64,000 nt of DNA from Podarcis gaigeae (taxonomy: Eukaryota): assembly GCA_964106915.2 (NCBI GenBank), contig OZ066917.1; one strand, written 5' to 3'. Positions 1 through 13,086 of this stretch are shown here, piece after piece. A program made the position numbers and the translations under genes. How positions within the stretch are numbered: position 1 is the stretch's first letter; each line of letters opens with the position of its first letter. The notes beneath the pieces are model-generated. The model was not told the origin of the DNA, did no database searches, and saw only the letters and a list, made by a program, of their open reading frames with translations.

Positions 1-130
1 GGTGATGAACATTTTTGGATTCAGTCATAATGATATAGAGCACTTGGAGCTGCTAAACACTTAAGCCAGTGCTTAGCTTTAAGCATCTGAACAGTCTTGC
101 TCATTAAATGGATCTAATCATGTGTTCTGT

Positions 131-144
131 GCTCCCTCTACTGG
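131..144 (-). promoter_or_regulatory. Candidate CTCF-binding motif
   Basis: Minus strand reads CCAGTAGAGGGAGC, one position off the CTCF core CCASYAGRKGGCRS. Motif match only. Confidence 0.35.
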
Positions 145-1779
145 TTTAGCGGCAGGTGACTTGTCTGACAAATGCCCAGAGCTGGGTTGATGAACTTATT
201 GTAGAGCAATGCTGGTGCTAAGACCTAAGTGTTAAGCTAGCACATGAATATTCAGACCTGGAACTTATATGTCCAAATACTCTCAGGAGTTAATAAGCTG
301 CTCCTTAGGCTGTCTTCCTCCAATTGTCCCATAAACTTATCCATGCTGTACTAAGGACTTAGTGATTTTGTTGTATTGGTATATCTTTTTATTGCTTGTA
401 TTTTTAACCTTGTTTCAAAATAAAAGGTAATACGCTGTGCAATATACAATGTAAATTAATGCACCTGTGAAAAAGAAAATGAAAGCTATATTTTTGGCTT
501 TGGAAGACATTGGTTGGAAACTGTGATATGGCTGTTTTCTTCTGATAACTTTCAGCAAAAAAAAGGGGAGGGGGCTGGCAGAAAGGCTGATATAAAATCC
601 CCAGATCTTCTATGTATATGTCAAGAGGGAATACTTAAAAACTTTAAAATAAGAGCTATGACAGAAACTTTCATAAAGGTTTCTGGAAACCTGCTTGGGA
701 CAAATAAAATTCTTGTTCTCCCCCACCCCCCATAAAGTTATAGAACAATGATAGTCTAATCAATAGCCGAGAGTAATGTTGCAAATGTTACAGGAATTAA
801 ACCAGTATAAAGCCAGCGGCATTTAGGGCTGGAGAACAAGGCCCATTAATCTTTTCCTTTTGATGGCTTTCCCAAGAGGTTACAAAATGTACAGCAGGAA
901 AGTTCATGCAAGGCGTTTGCAGAAAGAACATAAGTGAAGTCTTCTGAACTTGTGAGCGCTTCTGAACAGCAGAACATGCTGACAAGATGCAATGTGACCC
1001 TCATGATCAGGAGGCTGTAACTCTCCCAAGTTCATTTAAACAGCAGCATTTTATTGCAGCTAGATGTTATGCACAATACAAAAACAGTTTTAATTTTATT
1101 TTAGACTCTCTTGCCATTCTATTATTTCCCTCTCTAAATAACTTTACATTGCTCTAGGGATGATACTCAGACCTTAATGGTGAAAGGGATGTTATAAGGA
1201 TCCAAACAAATCATTTGGTTGTTAGAAATGATAATTAGATTGCCCTCTAAATTCTTCTTCTTCAAGAAATCCTAGGAAATAATGCATTCCATCTTTAGAA
1301 ATCAGCCAAGGAATAATTCAAAAATTGAACCACATAAATTATTAACTTGGTTCAATTTTAGAAGAGAAAAATAGACTCAGGGTACATATTCAGCTGTAGT
1401 CTGTGAAAATTAAACCTGCAGCTCTATTTATTTTTAATGGAACTTTTGTGCTAAATTCTTCTTGATAGGTCACATTGAAAACTTTGTACTTGGTGTTTGT
1501 GTGTGATTTCCTCCTTGAGATTATGGCATAATACATGTATCTTAGGCCAACAATTAATATTTATTTAGGCTTTGTTTATGCTGCCAAATTGTGAGAGCAG
1601 TTTGGGGTTTTTAACCTAGACAACAATCCCTGTACATGTGCAGCAGAAATTCAAGAACAGTTCAGCCAATAATGTTGAGCACCACTGCAGTTTATTCATG
1701 GGCTACTCGATCAAAATGCCAAAATAAAAAATGTCCACTATTGTTTTTAACATTTGCTTATAGATATAAAAGGTCTTCA

Positions 1780-1995
1780 TGTTTTTATTTCATTTATTTA
1801 TTTATTTCACAATATTCATTTACTTCCGAATCGCAAGAAAACTGCAAAGCAGGCTGCAAAAAGAATAAAGCAATTAAGATCAGTGGTAAGAGTTTATTTA
1901 AAACATTAAAAAAATGAATTTAAATCAATAATAAACTAAAACTAGCTTAAAAGATGTGGCACTTTCTACATGCCTAGAGAGGCTTGCCTAGACTT
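1780..1995 (-). mobile_element. Degraded L2-like LINE 3' end
   Basis: (TTTA)n-type tail followed by A-rich 3' UTR complement, same layout as the clearer L2 at 9535-9840; heavily decayed. Confidence 0.35.
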
Positions 1996-2305
1996 GCCTT
2001 GCTGGGGTGGTGGTGGTGGATTTTCACCTCATAGAGGGCACCATAGTACCCAAGTCCGCCCTTGTTAAGTGTGTGTATTCATGCATTGTGTGTGTTTGTA
2101 TGTGCTATATGTATACATGTGGATATATCGGGGGAGGGGAGTCATTCCTATTTGGCTATGCCCACTTTTGTCTTGGCCACACCCACCATTTCCATGCAGA
2201 TGCTGGGGAGTTGGTCAATAGTGAATGTAGCCCTTGAGGCAAGAAAGTTTCCCCACTATGAGAACTATCTAAAATGCCCCTACCATAAATGTAATATTTT
2301 CTGTT

Positions 2306-2378
2306 ATAGAATTGTAGAGTTGAAAAGGATCCAAAGGGTCATCTAGTTTAACCCCTTGCAATGCAGGAGTCACAGCTA
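2306..2378 (-). mobile_element. CR1 LINE (or CR1-tailed SINE) 3' terminal fragment
   Basis: ATAGAATTGTAGAGTTG...GGGTCATCTAGTTTAACCCCTTGCAATGCAGGA is the reverse complement of a CR1-type 3' end; near-identical to 34480-34543 in this window. Confidence 0.7.
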
Positions 2379-2390
2379 AACCCTAACCTT

Positions 2391-2490
2391 GTGGCACTCA
2401 AATCAGAAGCGTAACACTCAAATTGTCAGTATAGCACTCAAAACAGATGTGTGGCACTCAAAACGGAGGTATGGCACTTAAAACAGAGCA
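2391..2490. repeat. Degenerate 20-bp tandem array, 5 units
   Basis: Units start at 2391, 2411, 2431, 2451, 2471, consensus about RTGGCACTCAAAACAGAxGY. Confidence 0.85.
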
Positions 2491-2594
2491 AGTTCAGCTT
2501 CTGAAAAAAGTTCTCAAACCAGAACACTTACTTTGCAGTGTTTGGGTTCCAAGTTGTTTGAGTACCAAGGCATTTGAGAACCAAGGTACTACTG
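2491..2594. mobile_element. One end of a Tc1/mariner (pogo/Tigger-like) MITE
   Basis: Ends ...AACCAAGGTACTACTG followed by TA, matching the CAGTGGTACCT TIR family seen elsewhere in the window; the other TIR is missing. Confidence 0.65.
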
Positions 2595-4540
2595 TAAAGC
2601 AGAATGGCACTAAATTAACAAGTAGAATAAGAAAACTAAAACTAAAAAATAAAAATATGTTGAGAATTCGTGATTGAGACATACCTTTGTAGTAAATAAT
2701 ATACAAAAGAAGGCCCTATATAAATGGCTTAAAGCAGGGGTGTATCTACAATAATAAAGGTGAGACAACAACTAGCCTACTCACACATACATAGTTGATA
2801 ACCGCCAGTCTCATTAATACAAAAAGTCTCTATAAAAACTTACGTGTCCTGATCAGCATGTTTCCATCAAGAGGAACATAGAAAGAGGATGAAACCTATT
2901 CTTATGGCTGTTGGCAAATAAGAAACAAGTATTTTCCAACAGAGATTTCGTCAATCATATGAAAGCTGCCTATGGTCATCTTCTTGCTTGAAAATATTGT
3001 GGAGGCCTTAGAAATACCTTTGAAAACAAATCTAAATTGGCAACTAAATTGATATGAATGATCACCAAAATTACTCAGCTGTAGAAGATGTCCCTGCATT
3101 TTAAAACCAGGTTACACAGGCCTCTTCAGGTTAAAACTCACAGAAATAGAATCTGGGGGAGATTAGAGTAAAATCAGAGCCAACGTGTTACATGGGCATC
3201 AATGGTTAACTATTTGGTGGGTTCCCATCTTTCTGAGACTTTTCTTGGGGTCAGGAAAATGATTTTTTACTCTATTAGAGAAGTAGTAGAAGAAAACTAA
3301 TTACAAATTTGGTTGTAGCCAGTTGCACTCACTCATTTTGTAGCTGAAAAATCAACCACAGCTCAGGCTGCTTGACAGGTGTTAAAGATCAGCAGCTGTA
3401 GAAACAGACTGATAGCTACATTAAAGTTCCACACCTGCAGGAGGAGAATCATTCATTCATTCATCCTGAGAACTTTGTTCCTTTAGCTATAAGACAAGGT
3501 TTTCTTTTGGTAAATGTGTTGTACTACTGTTTCTAAGTAAACAGTGATAGTAATTAAAGCTGTTATGTCTCTTCTAGGCTAAGTGAACATCAGTAATAAA
3601 GTTGGGAGGAAATACAACCCACACTTTAATTGGCCAGATTTGTAATTTTTCTACTGTAGAGGATGAAATGTTGGTGAATAAAGAAAGAGGCAGTAAATTC
3701 TTCTTATTGCACAGGAAATTGCTTCAGCACTTAGTTTTAAATGCAATTCAAAGTGACATGTTATTAAGAAAAAGAGCTCATGACAAGAAAAGTTTATTCC
3801 AGTAAGACATAATGGAACTTTACTGAATTTTATTATATGAGTTTGCTGAACTATCTGTAATGCATAAAATAATTGTAGAGAACATGGGCATTAGTGGAGT
3901 AGGTTAAGCAATGTATAGGATGAATCTGAACTGGTTGTTTTGATAAAATGTACCATTGTCTAGATCATGTGATAGTCATAACAAGAAAAATGGGGAATTC
4001 CATAGGATCTTCCAGGCACATACAGAGACCTTGTCCCAGTTACAGACAGTGAAAGAGCTCATGTATTTTTTTGCACTTACATAGGAGTATGCTATTCCCT
4101 ATTCCCCTCATATTGCAGCAGTGGCACAAGCAATTCCCTACACCTTTCACAGCAGCGACACAAACAAAAGTACCAAGTTCTCAGGCCAAACTAGGCATGA
4201 TACCATTTGTGAAATTAACAATTATGTGGATTACTGTTTTAAAAGTAAATAATTAAAAACAAATAGTAAACATGAGGACCACAATCCAGATTGAGGACCT
4301 CAGCAGAGATTATGGGGGCTGTAGCACTGTTCCATCATATGAATGGGATTTCCCCCTCAATGGAAGGCACCAAAGGGTATCTGGCATCAATACCACTGCA
4401 GGTTAAAGTCCACCCTGGTCCCACCAGTGTCCAAATCCAGAACTTCTCCCATGCCTGCTATTCACTTTCTAAAAGGCACCCATGCATTCTGTAAATGACA
4501 CCTAATTTGGCCTTCACTGTGCTATGCCTACTGATATACC

Positions 4541-4880
4541 GGTAAGGTAAAGGGACCCCTGACCATTAGGTCCAGTTGTGACCGACTCTGGGGTTGTGGC
4601 GCTCATCTCGCTTTATTGGCCAAGGGAGCCGGCGTACAGCTTCCGGGTCATGTGGCCAGCATGACTAAGCTGCTTCTGGCGAACCAGAGCAGCGCACGGA
4701 AACGCCGTTTACCTTCCCGCCAGAGCGGTACCTATTTATCTACTTGCACTTTGACATGCTTTCAAACTGCCAGGTTGGCAGGAGCAGGGACCGAGCAACC
4801 GGAGCTCACCCCATCACAGGAATTCGAACCGCCGACCTTCTGATCAGCAATTCCTAGGCTCTGTTAACCCACAGTGCCAC
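4541..4880 (-). mobile_element. Sauria SINE (Squam1-type)
   Basis: Reverse complement of the 5270-5620 copy; B-box GGTTCGAAT, body and (ACCTTT)-type tail recognisable. Confidence 0.95.
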
Positions 4881-5269
4881 TAAATATTATTTGTCAAGTA
4901 CAAAATTGTCCTTTTGCTAGGCAGACAATCTTAGAATTAAGTAAAAGTAGCAATCAGATGCTTTTCCATTCTCTCCAGCTCCATAAGACTCATGTTAAGC
5001 ATATATGCTCATCAGAAACTGGAATGTTTGCACTGTGAATATTGCTGCTCCAGAACTGCATCAGATCATAACAGTGGAAATAGTGGATAAGCTGTTTCCT
5101 TATGTCAGCTTTCAGAATCTACCACTAGATCTTATCAACTTCTTTTCTAAGCTTAAGCACTTGATTAGGCTGCTATAAGCATATGGTTTTGATAGTACTG
5201 TGGTTCTGACCCTGATCATGATAACCAGCTGAACAATTATGATAGCCTTTCATTTAAAGAAGAGTACCA

Positions 5270-5620
5270 CACCGTGGTCTAAACCACAGGGCCTAGGGCT
5301 TGCCAATCAGAAGGTCGGCGGTTCGAACCCCCACGACGGGGTGAGCTCCCGTTGCTCAGTCCCTGCTCCTGCCAACCTAGCAGTTTGAAAGCACCTCAAA
5401 GTGCAAGTAGATAAATAGGTACTGCTCCGGCGGGAAGGTAAACAGCGTTTCCGTGTGCTGCTCTGGTTCACCAGAAGCGGCTTAGTCATGCTGGCCACAT
5501 GATCCGGAAGCTGTCTGCGGACAAACGCTGGCTCCCTCAGCCAGTAAAGCGCGATGAGCGCCACAACCGCAGAGTCGTCCATGACTGGACTTAACGGTCA
5601 GGGCTCCCTTTACCTTTACC
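5270..5620 (+). mobile_element. Sauria SINE (Squam1-type)
   Basis: tRNA-like head with GGTTCGAACCC B-box, body GCAAGTAGATAAATAGGTAC, tail CCTTTACCTTTACC. Confidence 0.95.
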
Positions 5621-6052
5621 AATGAATTATTATTATTTAAATATTATTGTTGAGATTTCTTACAATATATTACAGATAGCATTAACAATAGGCATATCCC
5701 TTTCAAAGTGTGGGAAAAGATATTTTATGCACCACACACACACAGCAAAAAACATGTCATTCAAGAAGCAAAAGGAAAAATGTCCCTCCAGAAAGAAGAG
5801 GTCAATGCTAGTGGTCTATGATACTGCCCACCCACAGAAGCAAATCAATGGGGCCAGACATTAACATATGCATCTGAATGTGGGATCACCTCTAGCTTTC
5901 CTGCACTCCTATATTAACTTTTCATCTAAGTCTAATTGCCGTAGTCTATTATACCAGCTTAGAAGAGAAAAGTGTTAAGGACCCTTCTAGCTTGGTGCCA
6001 CTTCCATGTGTGCTGCCTTGAATTATTCTTTAAAAATGCTTTCCAAATACAT

Positions 6053-6270
6053 AGGCAGAGTAAGGCAGGTGCCTCAGGAAGCAATTGCTGGGAGGTGAGG
6101 AGTGGTGCCCCCTAAATTAGCCTGCTATTCTCTGTTGCAACAACGGGCACCAGCAGTATTCATATAAGGTTCAGCTTCTAGTTTTGTCTACTTAATGTAT
6201 ATGAATGGAATGAAGAAGAACACCATCTTGTCTTTTGCCTCAGGCAGCAAAATGTCTTGAGCCGGCCCTG
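6053..6270. mobile_element. Non-autonomous DNA element with GC-rich terminus (PIF/Harbinger-like)
   Basis: Ends GCCGGCCCTG; its left part AGGCAGAGT(A/G)AGGCA..TGCCTC recurs at 49321-49343 behind CAGGGGGGCCC. Superfamily assignment is inference. Confidence 0.45.
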
Positions 6271-7383
6271 TGCATAGGACAACCAGATTTCTTTAAGCTT
6301 CAGTGTCTTTTGTAGCTTCATGTGTGTGGTAATTCCTAGGTCAAATAAAAAACGCCACTGAATTCAATATGGCTAGTATTTTACACTTGGGATACAATCC
6401 CATAGACACTGAGTAGGGAGGGTATTTCACTGGACACAGTGGCAATTACTTCTGAGGAAACATGCGTAGGAGTGCACCGCTGGAGCCTATGATTCACCTT
6501 AACTGAGCTCAACTTTGTTCTTTGTGCATATGCAGCTGGAAAATAATAAAACAAGCTTTTAAAAGTCCTAGCTTTAATTTTTTTCATTCATCTTGAAATA
6601 CTGAATTACAAGAAGGAGGGTGTCTTTCAAGATAATCACATTCTGAAGTGCATTAGAAAATATTTCATGTGTCTCAGCTGACATGATTTATAGAACTATT
6701 GGATTTATAGCCTTCTGCTACTGTTTTATTTGCAAGATTTGTGGACAATGAAGGAAACAATTCTTCCTTTATAGAAAGAATTATACATGTAGGGAAAGGG
6801 TAAAAGTTGAAATGTCCTGGGAATATTGATACTTACATTTATGATATAATTAAAGAATACTAAAAATTGCTCAACAGAGTTAACTGATGAGGTCAAGAAT
6901 AATAAATTAGATACTGATCTTAATAATACCTCCTCCTTTGTTTTCCTTTCCGCAGCAAGTTGACAGGCTTTGCAAGCCATAATAAATTTGAGTGCTTAAA
7001 GCTTCCTCAACAGCCATCACATCCTGATGTAACGCATAGCTTTTGTTTTCTTGGGTGCATGGTTTATCCTCCTTTATGTCCCGTTGTTGTTTTAGAAATA
7101 CAATCTAAACTTATTTAATTATATATTGTACATTGCACCTTACAAATGTAAAAATGTAAAAAAGTTACTCGGATTTAGGGGGGGAAATAAGGAAAGGAAA
7201 CAATAGTTTTAGTGGCATGCTCATAGCTCTGTGTTGAATTCAAGCACAGTGATTTAATTGTGTTGTTTTTCCTTAAGTGCAGTTCATCCTCCCCATCTCT
7301 CTCTTCCCTTGGAATATGGGAAAATTTGTGGCTGCCTATGTTTAGATTCTTGACAGGATCCTGTATATACAAATTAAGCCCCC

Positions 7384-7475
7384 AGGATAGCCAATGTGGT
7401 GCTCTCTAGATGTTGTCAGACTACAGCTCCCATCAGCGCCAGTCAACGTGGCCAATGATGAGGGATGGTTGAAGG
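7384..7475. mobile_element. Degenerate hAT-type palindromic MITE
   Basis: AGATGTT...GACTACAGCTCCCATCA...GGGATG resembles the intact 21504-21639 element. Confidence 0.6.
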
Positions 7476-7633
7476 TTACTTACAGTGACATGGAAGCAGG
7501 CTTGGAATTATTACCAAAGTGACAAGCAAAGAGGTCATTAGGATGCAGTTCTCATGCCACTGCACCAAAGTGTGAATTGCCCCTGTGCTTAAAAGTTTAC
7601 TGAAGTCAAGGCCCTTAGACTGGCTTGAGGATG

Positions 7634-7997
7634 AAAGGTTAAAGGTAAAGAACTCGGGGACTGTTAAGTCCAGTCAAAGGCGACAATGAGATGAGACGCT
7701 CATCTCGCTATTCAGGCTGAGGGAACCAGCGTTTGTCCACAGACAGCATGACTAAACCGCTTTTGGCACAATGGGACACCATGATGAGTGCCAGAGCGTA
7801 CGGAAACATTGTTTACCTTCCCACCGGAGTGGTACCTATTTATCTACTTGCACTGGCATGCTTTCGAACTGCTAGGTTGGCAGAAGCTGGGACAGAGCAA
7901 TGGGAGCTCACCCCGTGGCACGGATTTGAACCGCCGACTTTCTGATCGGCAAGCCCAAGAGGCTCAGTGGTTTAGACCGCAACGGCACCCACGTCCC
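7634..7997 (-). mobile_element. Sauria SINE, full length with TSD
   Basis: 5' end GGGACGTGGGTG on minus strand, AAAGGT tail; flanking duplication TTG(A/G)GGATGAAA at 7625-7636 and 8000-8011. Confidence 0.95.
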
Positions 7998-9298
7998 TTT
8001 TGGGGATGAAAACCTGTATTCCAGAATGTGATGTGATACCTTCGTAGGAATACACTACTACAGGCATTGGAAAGGGCAAGGGAATAAAATACCAACAGTT
8101 CATAGTGCATAACAGTTAGAACCATAAGATGTTTTACCACTCACTTCAACAGAATGCAGCCACAGACGGTTGCCTTCATCCTTTGAAAGATGTTCAGATA
8201 AAATGTATGTACTGAGTGCTATATCAATAATAAAAAAATACAAACCATAGCATTATGTCAGCAATCCAAGGACATTATATTGTAGTTCTAATAAAATACT
8301 CTATACAAGGCTGTAAAACTGCACATCTTTGTATTTTCTGCAACCCACTCAAAAAGCCTTTCAAGTGAGATGGGGGAAAGGTGGTTTGTGTACTAAAGGC
8401 CTGATCTGTTTATGCAAGTGCAAATCTAAAGAGTTCTGAAATAGGGGTCTTCAGTTCAGTGATACAATGAACATAATTGTTGTTTGCAACAATAGAGTTT
8501 TGTATTGGAAAACACCAGTTATCCCACAGATGTTGTCTTCATTTTTAGCTTTACAGCTGCTTCACAATCCTTTTGTGCAAGGATAAGAACAGGTGGGAGA
8601 CCCAGCTGGACAGCATCATCTTCTTACACTGCAGCGTCAGTAATAAAAAAAAGAGCTGAGCCAACAAGTTCACCTTTTAAAAACATTTATAGAGACAATA
8701 TCACTCCTCCTTTCTTTTGCTTTCAAAAGAAAAGACACTTTTTAATGAGTTGGACAAAGCCCACTCAGTTCCTCCAGAGTCCCAGTTGTCCTCAGAGCCC
8801 TATGGCAACTGTCCTCTCTGTGTGGTTTTAAGCCAGATTAAGCACTTACAGTAAAGATTCATTTAATATACATATTTCCCAAAAAGGAAAATGCCAACCA
8901 CTATTAATGTAATAGTGCATTAATCGTTCACAAAGGGATTGGAAAGTATCGGTAAATAACTCAGAGCAATGGGCTGCTTTATGACAAATTATTTTGTTCC
9001 CTACAACTATATACACTGTATATGATGTGTTGCTTTTGGATATCATCAGCATTCATAGCTAGGATCTTGCTATCATTCATCAGTGGAAAAGCCATAACAC
9101 TGAGCCCACAATAAAGATTTCTCTGACAGTATATATTTCCTCTGGCTTCATTTCCACTGACAACAATGTATGCTTGGCTTAGGTTACATTTCACATAAAA
9201 TATCCATATCCATATTTGGGCGAGGTAGTAGTTTGATAATGTTACCAAAATGTAAATGTAAAGGAGAAAAAAAAATAGGAATATATATTTTTATGGTT

Positions 9299-9433
9299 GG
9301 GTTGCGACTTAACCATAATTTCAGTAGAGCCACTAAAATTAAATCAATGGGACTTGTAAGTCATGATTAATTTAAGTTCCATTTATTTCAGTGAGTGTAC
9401 TCTAGTAAGCATGACCAAGTTTAGATCAAACCC
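9299..9433. repeat. Old imperfect-palindromic short interspersed element
   Basis: GGGTTG...AAACCC termini with internal inverted AGTAGA/TGTACT and AATGGGACTT/AAGTTCCATT arms. Confidence 0.35.
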
Positions 9434-9534
9434 ATTTACCCATTATTTTCTAAATGTAGCCAAAATAGTGTTAATTGTTACCCATGTCCTAAAACTGTAG
9501 GGATAATGCTACTGACTTTATTTTGTCTGTTTAG

Positions 9535-9840
9535 ATTATTATTATTTATTATTAATTAAATTTCAATACTGCCCTTCACCCAAAGATCACAGGGCTGATC
9601 ACAATATAAAAAACACAAAAAATACATCTCATAATAACAAACAAAAACAATATCCCGCCCTCCAGGCACAGTTTAAAGGCCGTGGATTGTTTAATCAGCC
9701 AAAAGGCCTGGGAGAAGATGAATGTTTTTGCCTGGCGCCTAAAGTTGTATCGTGCAGGCACCAGACCAACCTCCCTGGAGAAGGCATTCCACAAGCAGGG
9801 AGCCACTGCAGAAAAGGCCCCGTTGTCGCGTTGCCACCCT
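9535..9840 (-). mobile_element. L2 LINE 3' end (ORF2 C-terminus, 3' UTR, (AAT)n tail)
   Basis: Minus-strand ORF APCLWNAFSREVGLVPARYNFRRQAKTFIFSQAF matches the L2 ORF2 C-terminal motif APxLWNxLP...FxxxxKTxLFxxAF; AAT-type tail. Confidence 0.9.
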
Positions 9841-12800
9841 TGACAACTTGTCAGTCACATTGTGAATCTTTGCAACAAGAAGACAGCACACCTCCTGGGA
9901 CATGATGTTACCTCTACACACTTCTGCCTCTGTCCTCCTCAGTAGGAAAGTCAGAAGTCTGGGTGAAGACAGGATGCCCCCAGTGCTAGCCTTCTTATCA
10001 GTTATTTGGGAGGCTTAATAAGGAATCCTAGTGATTTACACACAGCTGGGGGGAAGCATGTAATAAAAGAGTTCTGTTCATTTTCTTCCCCTTACTTTGT
10101 ATAATATTAATCACCTTAGATCACACAGAACAGTCATTTTTAAAAAAACAACAACCACACACCTTGCAATGTGCATCTCATGTTTTATTTATGGTCTATT
10201 TTTATTCAAAGCTGTCCTCTTTTCCAGTGAAGACTTGCTCAGTTATAACAGCTGAGATATTATTATTTTTAAAAAAGTTCCATTTGCACTTTTCCTTTGG
10301 CACTGTTATTTGGGAGAGGAGGAGCAATTGTTTTTTAATATGGTTTGTCAGGTTGCTTTTGTATTGTTTTTGCCACTTGATACCAAGTACGTCCATTTGT
10401 TGAAAGTTCATCCTTTTTTTAAAAAAAATCTAAATAAAACATATAACAGGAGTTTGATTTTTACATAGCCCCTTTTTGCTACATAGCCACATTAGAAACT
10501 GGGAGCCCTAATCCAAACTGAATAAGAGGTTTAAAACTGAAGTGATACTTTACTGGCTTACTTCACTGACAGTATGTTTAGAAATTGCAACAATTGCTTT
10601 AGTGAGAATAATTTATTGTAATTGGAAGACATGGGGTTTGCTTATGTCTGGAATAATGCTACTGAGCATGAGTCATCTACACTTCAGAAGAATGCAAAGA
10701 GGTAAAAATCAAATTTTGTTTGACACCTGGATAAGTGCCTTAAGGCTATAAAACTGATGGCCTTTGATTGGAACGGCATCAGTAAAAACTGTTGCCGACT
10801 GCGCTGGGAAGAACAGGTTGAATATGACTATCTGAGATATTCCTAGAATATGGAAGGAATAAATAGATGTCAAAGCGCTTGACAGGTGCTTCAAAGAGAT
10901 AACTGTAATTATTTCAGTCTCAAGGACACTTAACATAACAGGAAGCATTTTGGTCAATCTGTTAACACTGACAATTTATAAAGTAGTTTTCATTTTTCTT
11001 AGAGACCTCAGTGCTAAAAAAACACATAGAAATCAGGTGGCCAAGCTTCAGGCTGCTTTAAAATATTTAATTGTGAGCTGCGCAGTTTAGGACTTTGGGT
11101 GGCGGGGGCTGTACTCCAGAAGAAGCCAGCGTATTACTTGCCTTAAACATTACATTCCCTTGTGCATGCATGTGAGATACAGTATATCAATAGCTGTGCA
11201 AATACTACAGACAACAGTACATGGCTTATCACTTCTAAGCTACACTCTTCTGCTCTGATATGAGCAACTAGCTTTCCACTGAAGCTGTATCTACATGATG
11301 AGAATAATTAGCTGTTTTAGTCCACCTTTCCCCTTGCCACTCTCTGCATCAGAAGCAGCTGATGCAATGAGTCTGAATCACTCTCTCAGTAATGGCGACA
11401 CTCAGCTTACAAGGGCCATGCAGGGTGGTGCAAGGCAGTGATGAGATTGGGACTAGAAGCCACTGTTAGAAGGGCAGGGCCGCAGGGTCACCTCACCGTA
11501 CCAGCTGCTCCTGCTCTGGATTTGGGCTTAGTATTGTTCTGAAACAGTGGTACTCAAGCTTTTGTTATACTCAAGTATAAAAACGGTTAAGAATTGGAAA
11601 ACTTAGAGGCATCTAAATTTAACCCCCCTGCATGACGCTATGATCATCAGGATCATATTTGATCCACCAGGCCTATGAATCCAGCTCTCGGTGTTCTCTG
11701 GGAGCCATAGCTCTCTTACTGACTAACTGTTCTCTCATTGTCCAGGCAGGTAAAGCAGAATGCTCTGCTTTGCCACTGGCCACCTTGAGTCTTCCAACTC
11801 AATCTTAATCAGAGTTCGCCATTCAGACAATACCAGCTGAAAGACTTGTGTGTTCAATTTCCTGCCACACACAGAGAGAAATTTCTGTGTCCTCTCTACC
11901 TCCCTGCCTCATGTTTTCCCTTGCTTATGCTAAATCTTTGTTTAGCTGAAGACGTCCTTCCCTTAATGGTTGCTCACAAGCCCTTCGTTTTGTGGCTTCT
12001 CTGAAGTCTTAGTGACAGTAGGCCCACATCACCAGTGAAATGGACACCTTGCACAAATAAGAATGGGAGTCAAGTCTTACAGGATGTGCTTCAGATGTCT
12101 AGGTGAAAACATGTGGCTTTCCCTACGTTGCTCAGAGTGCAGGAAAATGCAGCAGATTCATTTTGAAACATTGAAATTAGACAATAAAGACTCTTGAAAA
12201 ATTTACATCTGGGGAACCGTTTTCAGCATCTCATATTCACTGAGCAGCATACAGGGCATTTTCATGGTTCTATTTTCATGTTATTCCTAATTGCTTATTT
12301 TCTCCTAATACATTTCTTTCATTTCATTGTGGGTTTTTTTTAATGCATTCATGCAGTCACAAAGAAAGATTTCGCAGTTTGTTTTGTAACTCAGTTTCTT
12401 TAAAAGTGTCTAGAAGACCCAGTTAAGCAAGGGTCTTCCCCTCAACATACAATTATTTATCTATTTTAAAGTATTTATATACCACTTACCAAGTTCAAAA
12501 AACACAGAACCAATGGTGGCAGCTGTTGAGAAATAAGCTCTTCCAGTAGGCTGAACCGCTGGGCAGGATTAGAGAAGGGCTTTATTCTCATGAAAGGCAA
12601 CAGGGAGTTCAAAAGCAATAAAAATGGTTCTTAAAAACCTTCATAGAGCCCTAGTTCCTATGTGCTTAGATCCTGGATGGGAGGAAATCTTCATACTTCC
12701 TACCATTACTGAGCAGGATTGTGAACTTCAAGGACTCTCATCCTAGCTTCCCATAAATTCCGTTTTCTACTGAAGTCTCACAGCATCGGTGTATTTTCTT

Positions 12801-12946
12801 ACCTTATCACAGATGTTTTTCCTCTGGGAAGGTGGGGAGGGGACAAGTTCCTCAGATGCCATCTGTGGGTTCTGTTTTGCTGACTCCTGCTCATTGAAGC
12901 AATAGAATGTAAGAAGATTCATTACATGACATGACATTACATAGTG

Positions 12947-13086
12947 TTTCAGTGTATCTGAAGAAGTGTGCATGCACACGAAAGCTCATACCAAGAACTG
13001 ACTTACCGTAGTTGGTCTTTAAGGTGCTACTGGAAGGATTTTTTTTTGTTTTGACTATGGCAGACCAACACGGCTACCTATCTGTA
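12947..13086 (+). mobile_element. Short Penelope-like retroelement terminal-repeat (pLTR) insertion
   Basis: Exact 11-bp flanking duplication ATTACATAGTG (12936-12946, 13087-13097); sequence ...GTTGGTCTTTAAGGTGCTAC...CAGACCAACACGGCTAC matches my recollection of reptile Penelope-like termini; contains a hammerhead core. Confidence 0.85.
12954..12991 (+). ncRNA. Minimal type-I hammerhead ribozyme motif
   Basis: Helix I GTAT(12954-57)/ATAC(12988-91); core CTGAAGA(12958-64) plus extra A; helix II GTGTG-CATG-CACAC(12966-79); GAAA(12980-83); palindromic AGCT helix III; predicted cleavage after C12987. Confidence 0.85.

Noticed and set aside
2391-2490. CRISPR-like repeat-spacer array
   Set aside because: 20-bp period is far too short; degenerate minisatellite.
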